A DNA stretch of 64,000 nucleotides from Candidatus Sumerlaeia bacterium. Lineage in GTDB: Bacteria; Sumerlaeota; Sumerlaeia; SLMS01; JAHLLQ01. Where the stretch lies: NCBI GenBank assembly GCA_019634695.1, contig JAHCAW010000004.1, positions 64,831 through 128,830 of the forward strand. The letters are read 5' to 3'. Of the stretch, positions 26,261-34,551 are shown one piece after another. The notes beneath the pieces were generated by a model that was not told the DNA's origin, searched no databases, and saw only the letters and a program-made list of their open reading frames with translations. Numbering within the stretch: position 1 is the stretch's first letter; each line of letters starts with the position of its first letter. Position numbers and translations under genes: made by a program.

Positions 26261-28644
26261 GGGCGCACGTCCTGCGTCAGGCGTTTGTCGCTCTGCAAGT
26301 CCAGAAAGCGCATGGCGTTGTTGACGACGGCACGCCGCGCCAACGGGTCCTCGATCGTCTCGATCGGAAAGCCCAGCACCACCAGGCGATGCGGATACTG
26401 GGTTTGCAGCGCGGCGACTCCCTTGCCGCCGGCGTAGTTCAACGCCGCGCGCGCCCCGCCCGTCGCCGCCAGAACGTCGGGCGTCTTCACCGGATAGACC
26501 GCCGCGTCGCCGCCGAAAGCGAATGGCGCAATGCCCTCGAAGATCGAGCCGGCCGCGGGCTCCGCCGTGCGCGTGCCCGAGTCGGTGGCGACGAAGCTGG
26601 CTTGCAGCACGCCGCGCAGGAAGCCGCTGTCGGCCCGCTCGAGGTCCGCCGCGATCTCCGAACCCGAGAGCAGCATCGTGCCCCCGCCGCCCAGGTACGA
26701 CCGCACCAGCTCGCGCTCGACGGCGTCCAGCGTCCCCGCCTCGCCACCCTGTTGTCCCAGCATCCACACCACCACGTCGTAGCCGGCCAGTGCCACCGCT
26801 CCATCGCGCACGGCCGCACGGCCCACCGACTCGAACGGATATCCCGCTGCCGCCAACCCGTCGGCGTGCTGGATCACGTAGTCGAACGTGTTCATCTTCG
26901 CGAGAATGCCGCGCTCGACACCGGCCTCGGTGACCAGGTTGAGCCCGCGGTCCAGGCGGTCGAAGCCGTTGACCACCAGCACGCGGGGCTTCTGGCCCGC
27001 GAGGTGGCGCACGGCCAGCGTCTCGGTCGGCAGCGACTCGCCGCCTGCGTTCGTTGCCGCCACGCGCACGAACAGCGTTTCGCCCGAGGGCACCGGTCCC
27101 AGCGTCGTCGTTGTGCCCTCGACGGCCATGCCGTTGTCGAAGCCCTTGCCGTCGCGCGAGCGATACAGACGATAGCCGGTCGCCGCATGGCCGAGCTGCG
27201 CGCCGTCGGTCTCGAACGGCGGTGGATTCCATGCCACTGTCACGCGTCCGCCGGTCGTCGCCAGCACCCGCAGGTGCGTTGGCGGCTCCGGCAGGAACGT
27301 CGCGTTGTCGAAGCCGGGCATCTGCTCGGCATAGTGATGGACGATGCCTTGATATACCGCCCGCGCCACCAGTTGACGGAAGCGCGGATCGAGGATGTAG
27401 CCCGCGTCCTCGACGTTGTCATGGAAGCCCATCTCGTACAGCGCGGCCGGCATCTTCGTGTTGTTGCGCGGATTCGTCTCGCCCAGCCAACGGCAGACCA
27501 CGTTGCCATTGCGCCACTGCGGGTCCCAGTCGGCGCGCACGGCGCCCAGGATTCGATTGTGCACCGCCACGCCCAGCACGTCGCCGCCCGGGATGCCCGA
27601 GAACTCCTCCAGCCCGCCCCAGGAATTCGGTCCATACACGAAGCTGAACAGCCCGCGTGCCGTCCCGTTGTGCGCGTTCGTGTGCCACGACACGTAGACC
27701 GAGCGATCCTTCTCCCACGGCTCGCACTCCCACGAGGCATAGAACGGCATCGCGTTGACGGAGTTGAGCGGGCGCGAGTCGGCCGCGGCATTGTAGCCCA
27801 TGAACGGCGCGTAATACAGACCGGACTCTTCCCAGCGCGGGTAGCCACTCTGGCCCATGCCGCCGCCGAAGCGGATGGCGTCGATCGTGATGCGGTCGCC
27901 GTCGCGGCCGGTGGCGTTCGTCACCAGCACGGAGCCCTCGGCGGCGCGCGCTCCCTTGCGGAAGTGGTACGTTCCGAGATACTTCCAGGTCTCGGAGTCG
28001 CGATTCAGGTCCTGCTGCCAGATGGTCGTGCCGCCGGTGTGCTGGATCGCGAACTCGGCCGAGGTGGTGGTGCGGCCGGTGCGCGAGGCATTGTACCAGG
28101 CGTAGACGGCGTAGTGGCCATCCTCGGGGATGTCGGGGGTGAAGGTGGCCTTGGCGACATCGCCATTCTGACCGGGCTTGAGCCGGGCGGCATCGATCGT
28201 GCGGGCTACGCGGTGGCGCCCGTCGCGGGCGGCCGGGTGGGCCTCGTCGGTCCAGGGGCCGGACTCGGCGTAGCCAGTACTGCCCGGCGCCGCCTCGACG
28301 ATCACCATGTTCGTCTGCATGTCGCGCTCGCGCGTCGTCACGACGTTGGCGCCCGCGTTCCACAGGTAGGGGAGCAGATACTGCAGCACCGATTCGGCGT
28401 TGCTGTGATCCTCGATGACGCCGTGGCTGTTGCCGCGCTGCGTGACCCAGCGGCCCAGCCGCTCGTTCCACAGCCAGCCATGGCCCGGGCTGACGAAGAC
28501 GGTCGCGCCCGAGAGCGCCCCGGTGGGCTGTGCGCGCCGCACGTCCTGCGGCGCCGGCTCCGTGGCCGGCGCGCCCACAGGCACCGCCAGCATCAGGCCA
28601 GCCAACATGCCGACGGCCACCGCCGGCGTCGCCTGTCGTTTCAT
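26257..28644 (-). CDS. Exported multidomain protein, paralog 2, with the same architecture as 23873..26260
   Basis: It aligns with paralog 1 from end to end (GHGW, NAESVLQYLLPYLWNAGANVVTTRERDMQT, VYVSWHTN, PEDGHYAVYAWY, PTHLRVLATTGGRVTVAWNPP). Its stop overlaps the paralog 1 start (ATGA at 26257-26260). Confidence 0.7.
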   Translation of the reverse strand: MKRQATPAVAVGMLAGLMLAVPVGAPATEPAPQDVRRAQPTGALSGATVFVSPGHGWLWNERLGRWVTQRGNSHGVIEDHSNAESVLQYLLPYLWNAGANVVTTRERDMQTNMVIVEAAPGSTGYAESGPWTDEAHPAARDGRHRVARTIDAARLKPGQNGDVAKATFTPDIPEDGHYAVYAWYNASRTGRTTTSAEFAIQHTGGTTIWQQDLNRDSETWKYLGTYHFRKGARAAEGSVLVTNATGRDGDRITIDAIRFGGGMGQSGYPRWEESGLYYAPFMGYNAAADSRPLNSVNAMPFYASWECEPWEKDRSVYVSWHTNAHNGTARGLFSFVYGPNSWGGLEEFSGIPGGDVLGVAVHNRILGAVRADWDPQWRNGNVVCRWLGETNPRNNTKMPAALYEMGFHDNVEDAGYILDPRFRQLVARAVYQGIVHHYAEQMPGFDNATFLPEPPTHLRVLATTGGRVTVAWNPPPFETDGAQLGHAATGYRLYRSRDGKGFDNGMAVEGTTTTLGPVPSGETLFVRVAATNAGGESLPTETLAVRHLAGQKPRVLVVNGFDRLDRGLNLVTEAGVERGILAKMNTFDYVIQHADGLAAAGYPFESVGRAAVRDGAVALAGYDVVVWMLGQQGGEAGTLDAVERELVRSYLGGGGTMLLSGSEIAADLERADSGFLRGVLQASFVATDSGTRTAEPAAGSIFEGIAPFAFGGDAAVYPVKTPDVLAATGGARAALNYAGGKGVAALQTQYPHRLVVLGFPIETIEDPLARRAVVNNAMRFLDLQSDKRLTQDVRP

Positions 28645-28695
28645 CCTGTCACCTCATCGCTCGGGAGTCGTCGTGCCGGATTGCCGCCGGGGCCT

Positions 28696-28992
28696 TCAGG
28701 GATAGGCCACGACGACGCGGTTGTTCGCGTCGTAGACGACGCTGCGCACGACCGTCCCGTACTGGTATTGGGCGTAGGTGTTGCCGCCCTTGGCGGGCGC
28801 GATCGCCGTCGGCATTCCCAGCACCGACTCGACCCGCTTGCGCGACTGCCCGGGGCTGACCGTGTAGGCCGCCTTCACATCCACCGGGATGTCCTCGGCC
28901 TTCAGGCGCGAGCCGGCACAGCCCGCCAGCACTCCGGCGACGAGCATCGCCGCCAGTCCTGCCGCACATCGCTTCGAGACAGACGAAAACAT
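28696..28992 (-). CDS. Small lipoprotein (SmpA/OmlA/BamE-like size and pattern)
   Basis: The 98-aa product has a lipobox LAGC (MLVAGVLAGCAG) and leads the minus-strand amidase operon. The start was trimmed to ATG 28992 from track ORF 28696..29487. Confidence 0.55.
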   Translation of the reverse strand: MFSSVSKRCAAGLAAMLVAGVLAGCAGSRLKAEDIPVDVKAAYTVSPGQSRKRVESVLGMPTAIAPAKGGNTYAQYQYGTVVRSVVYDANNRVVVAYP

Positions 28993-29335
28993 CGCTAACC
29001 CTCGTGTTGCCAGTCTCTCGCAGCGCTTGCCGCGGGAACCCCAAGGGCGGGCGCGGGGGCTGCAAGTCGGCACGATACCGCCAGCATCGGCGCACGCCGG
29101 CAGGTGGTCGAGCGGAATTGGTTGCGACCTCCGGGTGCGCTTGCACCTCGAAAGCCCTTGCGTCGGACAGCCTGATGCCGGCACGGTGTGGGCAATCGTT
29201 GAGTGGAAGTGTCGCTGATCCCCTTGTCCGGCCCTCCGGACCCCATGGGGCTGTAAGGCCCCCCAAGGTTCCTGCTTCGGACAATCAGGAGAAGTTTCGC
29301 ACCACCACCCATTTTCTGACGGAGGATCCCACGTC

Positions 29336-30073
29336 ATGCGTCGTCTCAAAGGTTTCACCCTGATCGAACTGCTCATCGTGGTGGCCATCATCGCCATCCT
29401 GGCCGCCATCGCGGTGCCCAACTTCCTTGAGGCCCAGGTACGCTCGAAGGTCTCGCGCGCCAAGTCCGACATGCGCACAGTGGCCACGGCCCTCGAGGCC
29501 TACACGGTCGACTACAACAAGCCCCCTTCCATTGTCGCCCGCCATGCCAGCATCACCAACTCGCCGCTGACGCCCAACAGCGTCCTCAACGGCCCCAGCC
29601 TCTATTATCCTCAGCAGACCCCGGGCGTTAGCTCGCGCCTGCTCGTCCTGACCACCCCCGTTTCCTACATCACCAGCGTCGGCCGCGACCCGTTCATCAA
29701 CCCGGCCGTCCGCTTCGCCATCTCCTGCAACGGCACCGCCCCCCTTCCCGAGTACGACACCTACGACTACGTCGACTCGTTCACCATCAACCCCAATGGC
29801 CCGTACCCGACCTTCAACACCGGCGTGAACGCCAACCGCGCGGCCGGCCTCTCCTCCGGTTCCGCCTGGCACCTCGTCAGTGCCGGCCCGGACCTTGAGA
29901 ACTGCTTCGGTGGTGGCCACCAGGGCCAGACCGCCTTCCATGAGGGCGGCGCCGACTACGATCCGACCAACGGCAGCGTTTCGCGCGGCGACATCGTCCG
30001 CGTCTCGTCCGCCCGCGGCGAGGTCTATCCGAACTTCGCCCCGGCCCACAACCGCGCCGCTCGCGGCAACTGA
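29336..30073 (+). CDS. GspG-like pseudopilin with a prepilin-type N-terminal cleavage/methylation domain
   Basis: MRRLKG/FTLIELLIVVAIIAILAAIAVPNFLEAQVRSKVSRAKSDMRTVATALEAY. No other secretion-system genes are adjacent. Confidence 0.85.
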   Translation: MRRLKGFTLIELLIVVAIIAILAAIAVPNFLEAQVRSKVSRAKSDMRTVATALEAYTVDYNKPPSIVARHASITNSPLTPNSVLNGPSLYYPQQTPGVSSRLLVLTTPVSYITSVGRDPFINPAVRFAISCNGTAPLPEYDTYDYVDSFTINPNGPYPTFNTGVNANRAAGLSSGSAWHLVSAGPDLENCFGGGHQGQTAFHEGGADYDPTNGSVSRGDIVRVSSARGEVYPNFAPAHNRAARGN

Positions 30074-30272
30074 TCGTCCCGCGGCAACGCCGCGACTTGA
30101 CGCACCCTTACACCCCCGGCCCGCAGCCCCAACGCTGCGGGCCGGTTTGCGTCTGGCGGCCAGTCCCCCAACGTCGCAAATCCACCTCTTTTGAGTTGCA
30201 CCGCTTGGGCTTCCCGGCTCGTTGTATTATGTCTGGAAATACTTGGGAATCCTCCTCATGGAGAGTGCGACG

Positions 30273-31496
30273 ATGGGCGAACGGTGCTGGATCGGAAGAG
30301 TCGGGACTATCGTGGCGCTGGCCCTGTGGGCGATCGGCACGGCGGCGTGCGCCGGAGGCGCAGGGCGACAGGCGAGTGAGGTCGCTCCCGGCGCCGGGCA
30401 CCTGATCATCATCGGCGGGGCGCTCAGCGCGGAGAACGAGGAGATCTACGGCCGCATGGTCCAGTTGGCCGGCGATGGCCCGATCGGCATCGTGCCAACG
30501 GCCAGCGGCGTGCCCGACGAATCGCTGACCGGCGCCCTCGCGCGATTCGACCGCTGGGGAGGCGCGGGGCGCTCGGTGGCGATCGACATCCGGCACGACC
30601 AACCCGAGCAGGCCGCCAATCCCGAGTGGGCCGCCCGAATCGCCACCTGCCGCGGCATCTTCTTCACCGGCGGCGTGCAGACCCGCATCCTGAACGCATT
30701 CCGACCCGAGGCGGGCGACACAGTGTGCCACCACGCCGTGCAGGGCGTGCTGGCGGCGGGGGGCTTCGTGGCCGGTTCCTCGGCGGGCGCGGCGATGATG
30801 TCGGACCCGATGATCGCCGGCGGCACAAGTCGCGCCGCGCTGCGCTTTGGCGTCGTGGACGCGGACGCCGCGGATCGCGGAGTCCGCATCGGGCGCGGCA
30901 TGGGGTACTTCCCGTACGGACTCACCGATCAGCACTTCCTTGCCCGCGGCCGCCTTGGACGCCTGATCGTCGCACTTGAGCAGACCGGCCTCGATTTCGG
31001 CTATGGCGTCGAGGAGAACCGCGCCATCCACGCCGACCTTGCACGCCACCGGATCGAAGCGATCGGCGGCCCGCATGCGGTGCTCATGGTGGACGTCTCG
31101 CGCATGCAGCGCCAGGGCGCCAGCCTGCACAACGTGCGGCTGGCGCTGCTGAGTTCGGGTGACGCGGTGAACGCGCTGGACGGTCGCGTCGTCCCGGCGC
31201 CCGGCCGGATGCCCGCAACGATCCCCGTGGAGGCAGGCGCGTCGGAGCTGCGGCACGACAACGCTTGGGGGCGCAATGTCATCCCCGAGCTGATGGCCGA
31301 CCTTGTCCTCGGGCCCGCACCACGTGCCGTCGCACTCGATCCCGACTTCGAGATCGTCCTCTCAACCGACGCCGAGACCCGGCGGTTCGACGATCCCGAG
31401 CCGGGCTCGCGTACCCCCACGATCGTCAACTTGCGACTCGACATTCGGCCGCGCGCGACAGGCACCGCGAGCGTCGACGGGAGCCGGACGCCATGA
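30273..31496 (+). CDS. Exported cyanophycinase (peptidase S51), CphE-like
   Basis: HLIIIGGA, FFTGGVQ, the catalytic-Ser motif GSSAGAAMMS, and LTDQHFLARGRLGRLIVAL. The N-terminus looks like a signal or lipoprotein sequence (IVALALWAIGTAAC). ATG 30273 follows GGAGAG; the track start is 30222. Confidence 0.8.
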   Translation: MGERCWIGRVGTIVALALWAIGTAACAGGAGRQASEVAPGAGHLIIIGGALSAENEEIYGRMVQLAGDGPIGIVPTASGVPDESLTGALARFDRWGGAGRSVAIDIRHDQPEQAANPEWAARIATCRGIFFTGGVQTRILNAFRPEAGDTVCHHAVQGVLAAGGFVAGSSAGAAMMSDPMIAGGTSRAALRFGVVDADAADRGVRIGRGMGYFPYGLTDQHFLARGRLGRLIVALEQTGLDFGYGVEENRAIHADLARHRIEAIGGPHAVLMVDVSRMQRQGASLHNVRLALLSSGDAVNALDGRVVPAPGRMPATIPVEAGASELRHDNAWGRNVIPELMADLVLGPAPRAVALDPDFEIVLSTDAETRRFDDPEPGSRTPTIVNLRLDIRPRATGTASVDGSRTP

Positions 31497-33583
31497 GCCG
31501 CCGTCCTCTCGCGTTGCTCGCCTGTGCCCTTTGGGGCGCGCATCTGCCCGCACAGAACGCCGACCGCCCGTGGACGCACACGCGCTACGAGTTGCTGCCC
31601 CCGCACACGGCCAGCTTCCGCATTCACTATCGCCTGTCGGCCGCGACGCCCGGCCAGACCCACGCCTTCAACACGGTCCGCCGCGGCAGCGAATGCTCCG
31701 ACATCGCCGTCTTCGACGAGGCCACCGGCGCCCCGCTGGCGCACACCGTGCTCGACGGCGAGGCCGCACGCGCAGCCGGTCACGAACAGGCCAGACCGGA
31801 CACTTCGTACATCCACGTCGATCTCCGCACGCCGGTTCCGGAGCACGCCGAACGACGGCTGCGCATCGAGAAGACCTATCGCGACGCGGCGACGTACTAC
31901 CGCGATCAGGAGCGTATCGTCTTCGACCGCGCGCTGTCCGTGCCGCGAAACACGATCGTCCTGCCGCCGCACTACGAACTGATCGATTGCAGCGTGCCCG
32001 TGCAACTGACCGTGGACGACGCCGGGCGCCTCGCGGTGTCGATGGTCCACAACACGCCGGGCAGCCTGCTGGTGCACCTGGTCGGCCGCCCGCTGCCGGG
32101 CAGCCTGTGGCGGCCGGGAAAACTCTCCGCCGAACTGGAACCCGCCAGCGCCGTCGCCAGCGATCCGGCCTTCCAGCCGCGCGCCGAAGACTCGCGCACC
32201 ATCGTCTACTTTCTCCAGCCCCCCGAGACGCACTCGTTCGATCTCTATCACGACCTGACCGTCACGCGCACGGGCCAGGACGCCTACCTCAATTGGGTAC
32301 GTGGCGGCAGCACGGTGGCGAATCCGCGCGGATGGAATCTCGACACGGGGCGCGAACTGGAAGCGCGCATCCTGCGGGGCGCGGAGATCGAAGCCGCCGG
32401 CCGCGCCGGCGCGAGTCCGATCGCCGCGGACCAGGAACTGGTCGTCGTTGGCTTCGACCCGATCGCCCCTGGCACGTCGATGCGGCTGCGCATCGAGGAG
32501 ACCTACACGGACCCGGGCCGCTACCGCATCGAGGAGGGCGAGCTCGTCTGGCATCGCGCGTTCGGTCGCGCGCGCAACGCCGTCGTGCTGCCCGAGGGCT
32601 GGTATCCCGTGGTGTCGAACATGCCCGCGACGATCACCGAGCAGGAGGACGGACGGGTGCGGCTGGAGTATGCAAATCCGCGCGCGGATCGGCTGGACGT
32701 GTACCTGCGCGCCCGGCCGCGACGGGTCGCCGAGGCCCGGCGCGTGCAGGGTGGGCCGCTGTGGCCGCTCGAAGTGACGTCGCCGCGGCAACTCGTACGC
32801 GAGGACAACTTGGCGCGCGCGCTCGAGGGGTTTGCCGCGAATCCCGACGACGAAGCGCTCGCCATCTCTGCCGGCCGCCATCTTGCCTGGTACGGCAGGT
32901 TTCAGGACGCGCTGGCACTCTACACCGACGCGCTCGCCCGTCACCCCGACAGCTTCCGCCTCCTTCGACACCGCGGTCATCGTCACCTGACCCTGCGGCA
33001 ATTCGACCGCGCGACCGACGATCTTTCCCGCGCGGCAGAAAAGCTCGAGGCCAACTGGCAGGCCGTTGCCACGCAGGACTTCGGCGACGACGACACCCCC
33101 GCCCAATATCGATGGTCCACGTGGTATCATCTCGGCCTCGCGCACTACTCCGCGCGGTCGTTCCCGGCCGCCGAGGCCGCATTCCGGCGCACGCTCGAAC
33201 TCTCGCCCGATGCCGACAAGCAGGCCGCCGCGACGTACTGGCTGGTCAACGCGCTGCGGCAACTCGGTCGCCAGGACGAAGCGCGCACGCTCGTCGAGCC
33301 CTTTCACGGCGGCATGACGATCAATGCCAACCTCTCCTACTTCGAGCTGATGCTGCTCTTCAAGGGGGAGCGCACCCTTCAGGAAACTCTCGACCTGGAC
33401 GATCCCTCGCATCCGCGCTTCGCGACGCTGGGCTTCGGCATCGCGAACGAGTTCCTGTTCAACGGCCGTCGCGACGAGGCCGTGGCGCTCTATCGTCGGA
33501 TCGTCGCGGGCACCGATTGGCTCGGGTTCGGGCACATCGGCTCGGAAGTCGAACTGCACGCCCTCGGGGAGGAGTTGCCGTGA
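31493..33583 (+). CDS. Secreted protein with an internally duplicated ~190-aa domain and C-terminal TPR repeats
   Basis: Signal peptide: LALLACALWGAHLPAQN. Repeated module: RLRIEKTYRDAATYYRDQERIVFDRAL...VLPPHYEL vs MRLRIEETYTDPGRYRIEEGELVWHRAF...VLPEGWYP. TPR-like C-terminus: ALALYTDALARHPDS..., AEAAFRRTLELSPD. The start overlaps the cyanophycinase stop (ATGA). Confidence 0.6.
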   Translation: MSRRPLALLACALWGAHLPAQNADRPWTHTRYELLPPHTASFRIHYRLSAATPGQTHAFNTVRRGSECSDIAVFDEATGAPLAHTVLDGEAARAAGHEQARPDTSYIHVDLRTPVPEHAERRLRIEKTYRDAATYYRDQERIVFDRALSVPRNTIVLPPHYELIDCSVPVQLTVDDAGRLAVSMVHNTPGSLLVHLVGRPLPGSLWRPGKLSAELEPASAVASDPAFQPRAEDSRTIVYFLQPPETHSFDLYHDLTVTRTGQDAYLNWVRGGSTVANPRGWNLDTGRELEARILRGAEIEAAGRAGASPIAADQELVVVGFDPIAPGTSMRLRIEETYTDPGRYRIEEGELVWHRAFGRARNAVVLPEGWYPVVSNMPATITEQEDGRVRLEYANPRADRLDVYLRARPRRVAEARRVQGGPLWPLEVTSPRQLVREDNLARALEGFAANPDDEALAISAGRHLAWYGRFQDALALYTDALARHPDSFRLLRHRGHRHLTLRQFDRATDDLSRAAEKLEANWQAVATQDFGDDDTPAQYRWSTWYHLGLAHYSARSFPAAEAAFRRTLELSPDADKQAAATYWLVNALRQLGRQDEARTLVEPFHGGMTINANLSYFELMLLFKGERTLQETLDLDDPSHPRFATLGFGIANEFLFNGRRDEAVALYRRIVAGTDWLGFGHIGSEVELHALGEELP

Positions 33584-34551
33584 GGATCGGCGCGTCGCTG
33601 GCATTGGCCCTGATGCTGTCCGGCTGCGGCGCGGCCGTGCGCACGGAGCGCACATCGTGCCCGCCGGACGCGGCGTGTGTCATTGCTCACGATCTCGGCG
33701 GCGGCGTGATCCTCGAAGCGGTGGTGCTGCCGGCAGGCACGTTCACGATGGGTTCCCCGGAATCCGAGGTGCCGCGCAAGGAAGACGAAGGCCCGCAGAC
33801 GCGCGTGACTCTCACGCGGTCGTTCGCGATCGGTCGCGCGCCCGTCACCGTCGAGCAGTTTGCGCGCTTCGTCGAGGCGACCGGCTATCGCACGGTTGCG
33901 GAGGTGGAAGGATGGTCGCACGAGTACACCGATGATGGAATCGCAGAGATGCCCGGCCGATCGTGGCGATTCCCGGGATTCGAGCAGGACGGTACGCACC
34001 CGGTGGTCTGCATCCATTGGGACGATATCATGGCCTTCTGCGCGTGGGCCTCGGCCGTGCTGGGAGCGCCGGTGCGCCTGCCCACCGAGGCCGAATGGGA
34101 GTACGCCTGTCGCGCGGGAACGGCGACGGCCTACTGGTGGGGGGACGACGTCGCCGACGGGTTCGGCCGTGCGAATCTGGCCGACGCCAGTGCCCGCCGC
34201 GCGATCCCCGCATGGGATCCGCCCGACGTTCCGTGGGACGACGGCTTTCCCCACACGTCGCCTGTCGGCGCCTTCGCGCCGAATCCATGGGGATTGTATG
34301 ACATGCACGGCAACGTCTGGGAGTGGTGCGCCGACTGGTATGGCGGGCCGCATGCGGGCGGAACGATAATCGATCCGGTCGGCGCGATCGACGGGGAGTA
34401 TCGTGTGCGACGCGGCGGCTCGTGGTATCGCGGGCCGGGCACCGCGCGATCCGCCAATCGGGGTCGCAGTCGCGCCGACTTCCGCGTCAACAATCGTGGC
34501 TTCCGGATCGTGATCGAGCTGGGCAACAACGGGGAGGCAGACCGGCGATGA
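33580..34551 (+). CDS. Lipoprotein with a formylglycine-generating-enzyme (FGE-sulfatase/SUMF1) domain
   Basis: Lipobox: LMLSGCGA. FGE-domain motifs: GTFTMGSP, HPVVCIHWDD, RLPTEAEWEYACRAG, GLYDMHGNVWEWCADWY, RVRRGGSW. The GTG start overlaps the previous stop (GTGA). Confidence 0.8.
   Translation: MRIGASLALALMLSGCGAAVRTERTSCPPDAACVIAHDLGGGVILEAVVLPAGTFTMGSPESEVPRKEDEGPQTRVTLTRSFAIGRAPVTVEQFARFVEATGYRTVAEVEGWSHEYTDDGIAEMPGRSWRFPGFEQDGTHPVVCIHWDDIMAFCAWASAVLGAPVRLPTEAEWEYACRAGTATAYWWGDDVADGFGRANLADASARRAIPAWDPPDVPWDDGFPHTSPVGAFAPNPWGLYDMHGNVWEWCADWYGGPHAGGTIIDPVGAIDGEYRVRRGGSWYRGPGTARSANRGRSRADFRVNNRGFRIVIELGNNGEADRR

Noticed and set aside
23690-28998. Two plus-strand ORFs of 915 and 918 aa (23690..26437 and 26242..28998) opposite the amidase paralogs
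   Set aside because: They are antisense to the paralog pair, which has signal peptides, catalytic motifs and mutual homology. The plus-strand products are repetitive Arg/His/Gly/Asp strings. Their apparent paralogy simply mirrors the duplication on the other strand.
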